NCBI RefSeq assembly: GCF_001194135.2
Contig: NC_068996.1
Span: 20,144,486 to 20,208,485, forward strand
Direction: 5' to 3'
Length of the DNA stretch: 64,000 nt
Origin: Octopus bimaculoides
Taxonomy: Eukaryota
The notes under the pieces are model-generated. The model did not search any database and was not told the DNA's origin. It worked only from the letters and a program-made list of their open reading frames with translations. Position numbers and translations under genes: made by a program. Positions 1 through 12,283 of this stretch are shown here, piece after piece (position 1 is the first letter of the stretch; each line of letters opens with the position of its first letter).

Positions 1-56
<56 letters not shown>

Positions 57-120
57 TGTCTGTCTGTCTGTCTGTCTGTGTGAATCCCTAACCCGGGCAA
101 CGCCGGGTATTTCTGCTAGT
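1..120 (+). mobile_element. Helitron 3' terminus preceded by (TG)n/(TGTC)n microsatellite
   Basis: Hairpin ACCCGG-GCAACG-CCGGGT at 91-108, then CTAG (116-119) and T, the canonical Helitron 3' end. (CTGT)n lies just upstream, as in non-autonomous Helitrons. Confidence 0.75.
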
Positions 121-481
121 ATATAAATAAAATTAGGGGTTTAGTTCACTTGTGATCTAAACGAATAGGTACGCAGAATGATTGCTATAGTTGATCTGTT
201 AGGTTCCAAGATCACAGCTAAGGCTGGATCTAAGAATGCGTATTAGAATTTGAATAAAATTATATTAATGTGTCCAACTGATTCAAAATTCTATTTATTT
301 ATGCAGCTTGGGATAGCCCCGCATTTAAATTGATGTAAGGATTGCACTGTTCAATTAAATGGAGACGCTTGAAACGGTCGTACTACACCACCTCTTGATA
401 TTTTGCTTATTTTGATTATATACATATATATATAAATACGTCTATGTGTGTGTGTATATAAATGTATGTACATATGTGCGC

Positions 482-514
<33 letters not shown>

Positions 515-798
515 CGTGCGTATGTATATGTTGTGTATGTATGTATGTATGTATGTATGTATGCATGCATGTATGTATGTATGCATGTATGTATGTATGA
601 CATTGTTCGGTTTATTTCAAGATTTATTTGCCAATAGAGAAAGAACCGCTTTCTAACCTAGATTCAAGGCTCCTTTATTAGAATTTCAACAACAGGGTAT
701 TTTTGTTTCTATGTACGTATATGTGCAGATTTGTATGTTTTGCTTTATGTATGTATTCTCATGCATATAGTTGCATATCTAGACATGCTCATATATAT

Positions 799-2168
799 TT
801 AAATGATAAACTTCTGGAAAGTTTTACAGATTTTTAAAGTTCCAGTGATGGATTGGATCTGTAGTCTTCGAATTAGCTTTCTCCTTTCTGGTTTTGAGAA
901 GCCTAATTTCTCAAGATTGGTATTTGGACAGCGTTTTACATATCCCAGAGATCCAATAATTACAGACATAAGCCTGAACTTGTAATCTGGATAGAGTAAC
1001 TGCAGATTTCTCAATAGTTCAGCGTAGGTGTTGTCTTTTCCACTGATCTTCAGCTTTATATCAACATCTGCTGGGTAGCTAATTTCCACAACTGTGCACG
1101 GTTTCTCTTCTCTATCCCAAATCATTATATCAGGTCTGTTGTGCTTACATTTTATTGAAGTCTTCACTGAGACGTTTCACCAGTACTACTTTTTATTGAC
1201 TGGCTATGGCGGATTTCATTATAGAGTGTCCTAGCTACATTATGTCTCATCGGCAGGTAAAACCGTGATGACATTTTCGGACAACAGCTTTATGATGTAG
1301 GTGATATCTTCGGTGTTAACTCCTCAAATTTTGCATCCGTTGTCACAGTTTATTGTTTTTCTTGCATCTCTGTCGCTTTTGTGCATCAGGTACTTGGTTG
1401 ATATTTCCTGTTCATGGATTACAAATGCATACCCTTCAAAGTGGGAGGTAGTAATCCGGCTATTGGTCCATGATAAAATTATTTGACGATCGATGTTTCT
1501 ATCATCACGGAGCTTTCTATTAATATTTCCATGCATAGTCTTCTGCTCATATAAGCTCATCCTTTCATCTGATGATACATTACGGTAGAGTCGTGCGATT
1601 TCTTTGAGCATGTATTCTGGGTTATCAGACAAAGAACATTACTCAAGGAGCTGCCTTATAAGTCTTATGATGTTATCAGCTTCATGTATGCAAATTTAGT
1701 CAAGGGATGCATTTCGACACTTGTTGCCGATGGGATATGATACGACATTCGATGTTAAACCTCTGCCGCCTTACTTTCGTTTTGAGTAGAGGCGATCTAC
1801 GCCACTGTTTAATTGGAAATTATGTGTGCTTGTATTTTTCGGGTTTTCACATCAATGGCTCGGATCTCATCAAGCGTCCAGTCAAGCAACTCAAATGTTG
1901 GTATAAGTACTGGCACTGCAAAACAATTGTGGGTCACTGTTTTATTGAACGCAGAGAGTTTTGAGGTTCAAATTTTCTTTTTCGGCTGTAATATTCTTTA
2001 GTGACACGTGATTTGTTACAGGTGCCCCTGTAAGATATATTTTCATCCACCCGTAGGTACCTGTAACGTTCCTTCTCAGATATAGAGAAAACAGTTAAAT
2101 CATTGATGGAGATGTTGCTAGTCTAGTTTATAGTTTCCCCCTTTTCACACCCTTATAACAACATTTCT
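799..2168 (-). mobile_element. R4/Dong-like non-LTR retrotransposon, 5'-truncated and frameshifted (RT C-terminus, CCHC knuckle, restriction-like endonuclease)
   Basis: ORF 799-1167 has HNRPDIMIWD...VVEISYPAD (PD-(D/E)xK RLE). ORF 1324-1632 has SHFEGYAFVIHEQEISTKY...CDNGC. Closely similar in DNA sequence to 36054-37450. Confidence 0.88.
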
Positions 2169-2496
2169 CTATGTGTGTATGTAGGTATGTATATACGTAC
2201 GTATGCATGTATGTATGTATGTATGCATGCATGCATGTATGTATGTATGCATGTATGTATGTATGTATGTATGTATGTATGTATGTGTGTGTGCATGTGT
2301 GAGTATGTATGTATGCATGTATGTATGTATGTATGCATGTATGCATGTATGTATGTATGTGTGTGTGTGCATGTGTGAGTATGTATGTATGTATGTATGT
2401 ATGTATGCATGCATGCATGTATGAATGTATGCATGTATGTATGTATGTATGTGTGTGTGTGCATGTGTGAGTATGTATGTATGCATGTATGTATGT
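2169..2496. repeat. Compound (TATG)n/(CATG)/(TG)n microsatellite with higher-order repetition
   Basis: Direct inspection; the block TGTGTGTGCATGTGTGAGTATGTATG recurs three times. Confidence 0.95.
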
Positions 2497-3512
2497 GGAC
2501 GCTTTCATCTTTTTCCTCTACCTCTCTATCAACATGGGCATCTTAAACGCGTAGTTTTTATATTTCATTTTTTATTTGTAATTTTAGGTTTTAATTTCTA
2601 ATTTTAATTTTAAACTTTTACTTTAATTCTCAATCCTTTATCTCGTATCATTTAATTACTATTAAGCTTGAAATATAATTTTGAATATCCATACTAACCA
2701 CTATACTATTGTCTTTTGCAACCTTACCAAGATTGCCCCCCCCCCACACTTTACTAAAACTTTAACGTTTAACCTCTCACCTCGATGCAATACTGACATA
2801 TCTCTATCATTACCTTTACATATATTTATTTTCATTTTTATTCTTATTTTACAATTTTACTCCTATCTTATTTTTATTTTTACTCTTTTGTCCTCTCTCA
2901 CACTCTCTTACAAAACCCATTTATGATATCTCTATCATTACATTGACTCTATTTTATTTCTATTTTTTTATTGCTTGTATCCTTATTTTCACCTTTTTAA
3001 CCCCAATCATATTTTCATTCCTTTCTCCTATCTCTCCTATATACACCCACTCATAAAAGCCATTTATGTCTATTTTACCTTCTTGCTATATATGCACATA
3101 TACAAAATGAATACACCATTCAAAACACTGCCAAAATACCGCCTGGATTTACATAGGATTTTCACTAAGGACTTATAACTTCATGGAAGTACCGACCAAC
3201 ATCCATATCTTCAGAAAAAGATGAGTTGTGAACATTATCATTGATGCCTATATGTCAATTTCTCTGTTTCCTCATTTGCATACATAAAAAATAAAAATAT
3301 ATGTATATGTATACACACACACATACACACAAACACACACACACATGCACACGCACGCACACACGCACACACACACACGCACACATATATATATACATAC
3401 ATACGCGCACACACACACAAACATATATATATAAAATAAATAAATGCGCCCAAATAAATGTATATATATATGTATATATGTGTATATATAAGTGTATATA
3501 TATATGTAAATG

Positions 3513-3546
<34 letters not shown>

Positions 3547-3689
3547 TATTAATACTTCATATAGAGAATTAACATTATATATANNNNNNNNNNNNNNNNN
3601 NNNNNNNNNNNNNNNNNNNNNNNNNNNNNNNNNNNNNNNNNNNNNNNNNNNNNNNNNNNNNNNNNNNNNNNNNNNNTATATATAGGTAT

Positions 3690-6600
3690 GTAAAGGCAAA
3701 AATGTAACAACCAAAACCGAAACCCCAACCCACCAAACAAAAAACAGAAAACGCCATGGAGGATCCAATGCCATCCAAAACCCTACGGGAAAGAAGACAT
3801 TTGAAAGGCACTCAAGAAGCTGCAGATTTTACCTGCAAGGCAAATGTTGGCATGGGGAAGACGGCAAACTCCCGGTTTGCCCACCCGACACCCCACCAAA
3901 ATAACAGAGGCCTTAAGGAGACAAACGTCCCTGAGGAAAGACAATAAATGTTTCCAAGGAAGAAATTTATAAAAGAACTGCGCTTTTCAGAGGTTATGCG
4001 CAAGGCAGCAGTTGAGCAAGGGTCTTTTTTGTGCATGGCGCAAAATATTGTGCCGCAGCTGACCTGGCTACACCAAGCACAAACAAGGAATCTTGCCTAC
4101 TACTGCGCAAGACCACCACAATAAACAGACATGGGATGGCCTCCCCTAACACCGCCAATATTTTCACTAAATATTGGGGGCCTGTTGCATTATAATAATA
4201 AAATCAAAATTTCTTTCCTAAGAGACCTTGCTGTATGTAATCACGCCCTATGCATAGCACTCCTGGAAACTCACCTCAGCCCTGATATAGAGGATGCAGA
4301 AGTACACGTACCAAAATATGTCATACTGCGAACAGACAGAAGGGAAAGGAGCCATGGTGGAGTNNNNNNNNNNAACAGACAGAAGGGAAAGGAGCCATGG
4401 TGGAGTTGCTGTATACATCCGTGACGACCTCACACCCCAGGTCTTACTGTCATACTCAAATTCGGTATGTGACATTCTAATTGTATACATAATACAACAC
4501 AATATAATCATATGCAATACATATTGCCCACCGGATGCTCCAAACCACATATGCAAATTTGAAGATTGCCTCACAAGAATTAAAGAAATCCTCAGGAAAC
4601 TAGAACACCACGTGACGATATTTCTTATGAATGATTTCAACTTCCCCAACGTCAAATGGCCCGAAGGTCTCATAATCTCAGGAATGACTTATCGCAAGCA
4701 AGCACAGGTGGAGTCCCTGCTCAACCTCACCAATGCCCTATTCACGGAGCAAGCTGTACTTAGACCAACTAGGGTGAATAACATTCTGGATCTCTGCTTC
4801 ACGAACAATATGGACATCATTCATGATGTGAAAGTGACGCCGACATTAGTCTCGGATCACAACATAATAGAGCTGTCTATGTTTGGGCCGAAAGAAACCA
4901 GAGACATACAGCCTAAAGGAAGCACCCAAAATCTCTCCAGTCTGAACTTCCACAAAGCGGACTGGAAATCGATCCAAAAAGAGATCCTCACACAGGACTG
5001 GCCAAAATGTCTCTCCAAACCAGACACAGACATGAAACTAGAATGTTTCATGTTTGTTGTGCAAGCCATATGCCAGATATATGTCCCAGAGCACAAGGCC
5101 AAAACAAATAGGAACAAGATTCCAAGGGAGAGGAAGATCCTCATGAGACGACGGACGACGGTTGCAAATTGACTCAACCAACATCCTAAAAGTAGCGAAA
5201 TCTCCCGCCTAAAAACAATAATGATGGAGATTGAAAAAAGGGCTGCAACAATCCTATGTGAGGGAGAGAGCAAACAAAGAAGCCTGGGTTATAAAAAATA
5301 TTAAGTCAAACCCAAAGGTCTTCTTTCATTACGCGAAAGAAACAGCCTCAGTACGCTGCAAGATAGGACGCCTACAAAAGCATGGCTCCCTCACAGACAG
5401 TCCAACTAGGATCAGTGAAGTACTGAATGACCAGTTCAAAAGTGTCTTACAACCCCGTTGGAACACAGACAAGCGAATGAACCAGTGGACTTCTTTTCTG
5501 CCTCACCTATAACCAGCGAGGCAATTACAATGGAATACATCGACATTAGCGAAGATGATATACTACTACCCATAGATGAGGTGGACGCAAACTCAACTGC
5601 TGGTCTTGATGGTTTTCCCAACAATCCTCCTCAAATCGTGTAAGCATGCCCTAGCAAAGCCCCTCCGGATTCTCTTCCTGAGCTTTCTTGCAAATGGCAG
5701 ATTACCAAGCAAGTTGAAGGAGGGGATAATATGCCCAATCCATAAAGAGAGATTCAGAGCAGATGCCAAAAACTCCAGGCCTATATCTCTTACTTCACAC
5801 ATCAGCAAAGTCATGGAACGGATAGTCAGAGGGAAACTAATCGTATTCTTTGAAGAAAATAACTTGCTGAGTGATACCCAGCATGGCTTTCGACCAGGTA
5901 GGAGCTGCCTGACCCAGCTCTTACAACATTACGACTGGGTGTTGAGGCAGTTACTCAACAACTTAAATGTGGATGTAATATACCTTTATTTTGCAAAAGC
6001 TCTTTACGAAGTGGATCATATGCCACAAACTGTGTGATCTCGGCATAGCTGGAAAACTTGAAGAGTTGTTACATGACTTTCTGAAAGATAGAAGTCAGGC
6101 AGTAATGGCCAATGGAGCCACCTCTATGAAAACAAATAGTGAGCGGTGTTCCACAGGGCACTGTCTTGGGACCACTGCTTTTCATAATGGCCCTCAAGTG
6201 CCCGGATAGCCACCCTTGCAGGCTACGTCGACGATACAAAAGTCTCGCAGAAAATACAGAACTCCAGTGATGTTGCATATCTGCAGCNNNNNNNNNNCGA
6301 TACAAAAGTCTCGCAGAAAATACAGAACTCCAGTGATGTTGCATATCTGCAGCAGGAGTTGGACTCAATTTACAGATGGGCTGAGGATAATAATATGCAG
6401 TTTAATGCTGAAAAGTTCCAAGCCCTGCGCTACCAGCGTCCAAAACTGAATATGTAACTTACAGGGTACACTGGTCCACAGGGAATTTCAGTCCCAGAGC
6501 CTAAGTCAGTGAGGGACCTGGGTATCGATATGAGTGATGATACCGTTTTCCAAGTGCACATTACCAGGATGGCGACAAAGTGCAGACGACTGGCTGAATG

Positions 6601-6948
6601 GATTCTGAGAACGTTCAGAACCAGAGATAAGGAAACCATGATGGTCCTTTGGAGGACATTCGTCCTCAGCCGCCTGGATTACTGCTCACAGCTATGGTCA
6701 CCCACCAGTGTGAAATTAACAGCGGACCTTGAAGCAATCCAGAGAAGATTTACAAAGAAGATCGTCTCTTTGCAACTGCTCAGCTACTGGGAAAGGCTGA
6801 AACAGCTAAGACTCTACTCCCTGGAGAGAAGACGGCAAAGGTATGCAGTAATATACATCTGGAAGATCCTGAAAGGAATTGTGCCAAATTTTGGTATTGA
6901 AAGCTACACCAATGCCAGAATGGGATGACACTGCATAGTGCCAAAGAT
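3690..6948 (+). mobile_element. CR1/L2-group LINE, near full length and degenerate (ORF1 remnant plus APE-RT ORF2)
   Basis: APE motifs: LLETHL, HGGVAVYIRDDL, MNDFNFPNVKW, NNILDLCFTN, SDHNII. RT motifs: RPISLTSHISKVMERIV, QHGFRPGRSCLTQLL, DVIYLYFAKA, GYVDDTK, RDLGIDM, SRLDYCSQLWSP, YSLERRR. The 3' end runs into an N gap. Confidence 0.92.
3817..3890 (+). pseudogene. CCCH-type zinc-finger remnant of LINE ORF1
   Basis: Reading RSCRFYLQGKCWHGEDGK and then, after a frameshift, SRFAHP gives a C-x7-C-x-C/S-x3-H pattern upstream of ORF2. Confidence 0.55.
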
Positions 6949-7561
6949 NNNNNNNNNNNNNNNNNNNNNNNNNNNNNNNNNNNNNNNNNNNNNNNNNNNN
7001 NNNNNNNNNNNNNNNNNNNNNNNNNNNNNNNNNNNNNNNNNNNNNNNNNNNNNNNNNNNNNNNNNNNNNNNNNNNNNNNNNNNNNNNNNNNNNNNNNNNN
7101 NNNNNNNNNNNNNNNNNNNNNNNNNNNNNNNNNNNNNNNNNNNNNNNNNNNNNNNNNNNNNNNNNNNNNNNNNNNNNNNNNNNNNNNNNNNNNNNNNNNN
7201 NNNNNNNNNNNNNNNNNNNNNNNNNNNNNNNNNNNNNNNNNNNNNNNNNNNNNNNNNNNNNNNNNNNNNNNNNNNNNNNNNNNNNNNNNNNNNNNNNNNN
7301 NNNNNNNNNNNNNNNNNNNNNNNNNNNNNNNNNNNNNNNNNNNNNNNNNNNNNNNNNNNNNNNNNNNNNNNNNNNNNNNNNNNNNNNNNNNNNNNNNNNN
7401 NNNNNNNNNNNNNNNNNNNNNNNNNNNNNNNNNNNNNNNNNNNNNNNNNNNNNNNNNNNNNNNNNNNNNNNNNNNNNNNNNNNNNNNNNNNNNNNNNNNN
7501 NNNNNNNNNNNNNNNNNNNNNNNNNNNNNNNNNNNNNNNNNNNNNNNNNNNNNNNNNNNNN

Positions 7562-7602
<41 letters not shown>

Positions 7603-7649
7603 GTATGTATATATATATACACATACACATATATAATCTTAAGCATTCA

Positions 7650-8039
7650 TTTTGCTTGTGATAAGGCTTGTATAATTCATTATCTAGAAAAAATGGTTTT
7701 TCTAGCGGCTAGAAAAACCATTATTGAATTTTATGGTAAATATTGGACTAGAACTGATGGACCTGCTTTTTTTCGATATTACAATGGGATCAAGTGATTC
7801 GGTCTTTATATTCTTTATTGTATACATAATGAATTTCCAGAATTAGGAGACGGATTATATGGAGATGACGCTTTTTTCACTGTATATAAATCTAATGATT
7901 AATTTAGAAAGGTGTAGAAAAATTCTTTATAAATTCTTCAAGTGTCTTGATCTTTCTATTACTATAGAAAATGAATATACTAGGGTTGCTTTTCTGGATA
8001 TTACTCTTGGTTTACATAATGAATTATACCAGTTATATC

Positions 8040-8073
<34 letters not shown>

Positions 8074-8310
8074 CAACAACAACAACAATAATAATAATAA
8101 TAATAATAATAATGTATGCTTAAGATATATAAATAAAAATTCTAATCAAGAAGCATAAATTCAATCTTTAAGAATATATCTACTCGTATTTCGAAAGTTT
8201 CGGCTAATGAGGATATATTTAAATCAAAATCAAAACTTATTAAATCCATGCATTATTGGAAGCTGGATATAGAAATAAGGTTTACTATATCCAGTATCAT
8301 CGTAATAATA
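7650..8310 (+). mobile_element. Penelope-like element reverse transcriptase fragment
   Basis: FDITMGS, GLYIL, GLYGDDA, ILYKFFKCLDLSITIENEYTRVAFLDITL, YINKNSN and EAGY match PLE RT motifs (FDVTMGS...GLYRDDG...VNFLDVTL). Confidence 0.85.
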
Positions 8311-8390
8311 ATGAAGTTCTAGAAAATGGTTGGATTATAGATATGTTGAAAATTAATAAAGAGTATAAGAAAACTAAAAATCTAGTTAGA

Positions 8391-8458
<68 letters not shown>

Positions 8459-8559
8459 CAACAACAACAACAATAATAATAATAATAATAATAACAACAA
8501 CAACAACAACAACAATAATAATAATAATAATAATAATAACAACAACAACAATAATAATG

Positions 8560-8599
<40 letters not shown>

Positions 8600-8625
8600 C
8601 AACAACAACAACAACAATAATAATG

Positions 8626-8690
<65 letters not shown>
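8391..8690 (+). repeat. (AAT)n/(AAC)n trinucleotide microsatellite
   Basis: Direct inspection; source of the poly-N/I/L/Y pseudo-ORFs. Confidence 0.97.
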
Positions 8691-8691
<1 letters not shown>

Positions 8692-9170
8692 GGCTTGATG
8701 CAGTACCAGGCAGTGGCTTTCATGGTTACTTATCTTAACTGTTTTGTCTCGGTTTAAAAGATGGTCTACACCTTTCTGCTCAATACCACAGATTTGCTTA
8801 TCAGTTTGCATCTCTGATCACGAACAGAAGTAGTGGGGGAGCATCATAGCCATGTGTTGAGAGGAATTCTTTGGGGTTTGAATAATTCACCTTTGGAAAC
8901 GTGGGTGCTTCGTTCAACACCCTCCAACAACCATTATTTAGGGATCTTTTGAGCGGGATGGGCTATTCGACCTGAAGAAATTTCTAACTGGGCTCTACCT
9001 CCAGAGTCATGCGCTGTTTATTTTGATATGAGATCATTATGTCACGCACATATGGTTGTGATGCATGTAGCTAGTGTACGAATAATCATGATGGGTATAC
9101 TGAGCTTCGTATATTTTACACAATTGTCATTTGATGGCATGCACTGCTCTCTCACTCAATAATAATAACA
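8690..9170 (+). mobile_element. Unclassified non-coding interspersed repeat flanked by (TAA)n on both sides
   Basis: Its 3' half matches the reverse complement of 58305-58548 (e.g. CATATGGTTGTGATGCATGTAGCT, CTGGGC, CTTCGTATATTT). No ORF and no clear tRNA head. Confidence 0.7.
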
Positions 9171-9189
9171 TTAATAACTAATAATAATA

Positions 9190-9860
9190 TTATCTCTGGC
9201 TGCCCAGTCCTGGCTAAGAAGGAATATATTCACAGACACGACAGAGCTGGGACCTATATACACTGGAAGCTATGCCAACATTATGGAATAGCAACAGAAA
9301 AAAGATGGTATAAACACACGCCAGAAAAGGTCACAGAAAACGAGAAAGAAACCATACTCTGGGATATGCCAATACACACAGATAGAGAAATTAAGGAAAA
9401 TAGACCAGATATAGTTGTCAAAGATCATGAAGAAAAAAAATGCTTTCTAATTGATGTATCAATACCAGCAGATGACAACGTTTCTCTAAAAGAAATGGAA
9501 AAACTTTCAAAATACAAAGACCTGGAAATAGAGATAACTCGAATGTGGAATCTAAAANNNNNNNNNNNNNNNNNNNNNNNNNNNNNNNNNNNNNNNNNNN
9601 NNNNNNNNNNNNNNNNNNNNNNNNNNNCCTTAGGTATAATAAAAAAATATTCAGACAAATACATAACAAAAACACCAGGACTTACAAATATATATAACAT
9701 ACAGAAAATTGCACTACTGGGTACTGCACACATTCTACGCAAAACACTTTCAATACAGTAAACATAAGAGCACCACAGCAAACCACAGCACATGCCCAAG
9801 GCGCACAGAGCTGCGCTCGGTAGTGAAGTGAAAGCACGTTATAAAAATAAAACTACTGAA
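9190..9860 (+). mobile_element. R4/Dong-like LINE 3' fragment (knuckle, RLE, 3' UTR)
   Basis: IISGCPVLAKKEYIHRHD...WDMPIHTDREIKENRPDIVV...LIDVSIPADDN...KYKDL...QKIALLGTAHILRKTL*, followed by an (AAT)n tail at 9862-9941. Confidence 0.92.
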
Positions 9861-9864
9861 CAAC

Positions 9865-9936
<72 letters not shown>

Positions 9937-9941
9937 TATAA

Positions 9942-10216
9942 TGGCAGAAATTCAAAAGGTAGTGCTAATGGGAACTGCCCATATTCTACTTAAAATATTG
10001 TCTATGTAATCTCAAACTTTAAAACAATCTTATATTTCTTTAATGTTTCCTTAAACAGTCTCGAGAACAATACTCTGTGCAAAACCAAATATATGACACT
10101 CTAGGCATTACACCAACTTGAACTTCTAACTTATTATCTCTTGAGGTCTCTGGGTGAGACTTGGAGTCAACTTGTACAAATAGAAAGCAAAAGTGAAACC
10201 TATGATAATGATGATA

Positions 10217-10299
<83 letters not shown>

Positions 10300-10300
10300 A
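9942..10300 (+). mobile_element. R4/Dong-like extreme 3' end with (GAT)n tail
   Basis: MAEIQKVVLMGTAHILLKILSM* then about 190 nt of UTR, then (GAT)n at 10202-10300. Confidence 0.75.
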
Positions 10301-11265
10301 ACTCACTTTCACCACTAATTTTCTGCATAGCACGTATATGGATGATTTGAAATTATATGTCAAAGATGATGAAGAGCTTCAAGGACTACTACATACCGTG
10401 AAAGGATTCAGTGAAGATATCGGGATGGAGTTTGGCCTTGAAAAGTGTGCCAAAGCCACTTTTAAGAAAGGGAAACTGGTAAAGTCAAGTTCAATAGAAT
10501 TAGATGTCGAAACAGTAATAAAGGAACTTGAGCAGGAACAAACCTATAAATACCTAGGAATAAATGAAGGCTCTGGTATCCAGCATGCAAGCATGAAAGA
10601 GAAGGTTAGGAAGGAATGTTATAGAAGAGTTCGAGCAGTTCTGAAGTCTGAGCTGAATGCATATAATAAGGTGTTTGCCATAAATTCCTTAGCAGTCCCA
10701 GTTGTTCTTTATAGCTTCAATGTGCTTAACTGGAATACCAGTGAAATAATCAAAATTGAAAGAAAAATCCGCAAGCTACTGACTTGTAATAAGATGCACC
10801 ATCCAAAGGCAGAAGTGGATCGTCTTTACCTTCCCAGAGCTCAGGGAGGTCGGGGCTTGATCCAGCTTGAACTTACATACAAAACCACTACAATCGGACT
10901 GGCCAAATACCTTGAAACAACCAACGATTGAATGCCGAAACTTGTTGAAAAACATGAAAGACAGAAAAAAATTCACTCTATTCTGAAAGAGAGCAAAAAA
11001 TTCGCTACTGATCTCTTAGATACCCACCAGCTTGATCAGGTTGAAGGAAATGCGTCAACTGCTGCTGCAAAGAAAATAAAATTGATTGCAAAGACAAAAG
11101 CACATGAAAAATTAGCTAGCAGATGGGAAGAGAACCCTCTGCATGGCAAGTATGTGGCTCGTAGCAAACAAGCTGATGTCGACCAGAAACACACGCATCA
11201 ATGGCTACGAAGCTCAGGGCTAAAAGCAGAGAGTGAAGGTTTCATATTAGCTGCTCAAGACCGAT
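10300..11265 (+). mobile_element. R4/Dong-like RT fragment
   Basis: NSLSPLIFCIA, MDDLKLY, IGMEFGLEKCAK, YKYLGINE, MHHPKAEVDRLYLPRAQGGRGL, LHGKY, ESEGFILAAQD (ORFs 10338-10931 and 10932-11327). Confidence 0.92.
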
Positions 11266-11606
11266 TTTTTTCACATAACGTAATTGACTTATTCATGAAT
11301 AAAGAAACTCGCCTGAAAGAGCTGTAGTGGACCTCAGCACATTTGTGTTATTATTTATACTATACCACACTCGGAACTTTTCATGCGTTGGATCTTGACT
11401 GTACATTGGGCCGTAAACTGCATGCCGAAGTTTATTTTTGTATGATTTTAAGTAGATGTTGAGTGTATCTGGCCTATACTTGTAGATGTAATAGTAACAG
11501 GAAGGACAAATCTTTATATATTCTTGTATTTAAGTAAGTGTCCGTACACATTGTTGACACAAGGGTATGCTGTCCTCGATTCTATCTTGATTATATTGGA
11601 TCCTGC

Positions 11607-11682
<76 letters not shown>

Positions 11683-12283
11683 NNNNNNNNNNNNNNNNNN
11701 NNNNNNNNNNNNNNNNNNNNNNNNNNNNNNNNNNNNNNNNNNNNNNNNNNNNNNNNNNNNNNNNNNNNNNNNNNNNNNNNNNNNNNNNNNNNNNNNNNNN
11801 NNNNNNNNNNNNNNNNNNNNNNNNNNNNNNNNNNNNNNNNNNNNNNNNNNNNNNNNNNNNNNNNNNNNNNNNNNNNNNNNNNNNNNNNNNNNNNNNNNNN
11901 NNNNNNNNNNNNNNNNNNNNNNNNNNNNNNNNNNNNNNNNNNNNNNNNNNNNNNNNNNNNNNNNNNNNNNNNNNNNNNNNNNNNNNNNNNNNNNNNNNNN
12001 NNNNNNNNNNNNNNNNNNNNNNNNNNNNNNNNNNNNNNNNNNNNNNNNNNNNNNNNNNNNNNNNNNNNNNNNNNNNNNNNNNNNNNNNNNNNNNNNNNNN
12101 NNNNNNNNNNNNNNNNNNNNNNNNNNNNNNNNNNNNNNNNNNNNNNNNNNNNNNNNNNNNNNNNNNNNNNNNNNNNNNNNNNNNNNNNNNNNNNNNNNNN
12201 NNNNNTGTAATACCGTTGTATTGCAATAGCAGACGCTTACGTGTACTTCTCGTACAGACTTAGCTGATCTACCATATATATAT

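Noticed and set aside
121-400. Minus-strand peptide TVQSLHQFKCGAIPS resembling COX2 (TVPSLG.K.DAIPG); the plus strand could be a PLE 3' end
   Set aside because: Similarity is limited to a few residues and the flanking COX2 copper-binding motif is absent. Neither assignment is supportable by eye.
351-656. HTHT/CVCV/YIYI/MYVC ORFs here and throughout the ORF track
   Set aside because: They are translations of di- and tetranucleotide microsatellites.
2500-3290. Pyrimidine-rich AT block, possibly a retroelement 3' UTR
   Set aside because: No recognisable motif and no second copy in the window.
4325-4410. Direct repeats either side of 10-N gaps (also 6230-6345)
   Set aside because: Identical overlapping sequence around fixed-length gaps indicates unmerged contig overlaps, not biological duplications.
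6780-7797. Long ORFs spanning N runs (also 11524-12263, 41898-43179, 62729-63764 and others)
   Set aside because: They are artefacts of N codons lacking stops.
8256-8811. Poly-Asn, Leu, Ile and Tyr ORFs
   Set aside because: They are the (AAT/AAC)n microsatellite read in different frames.
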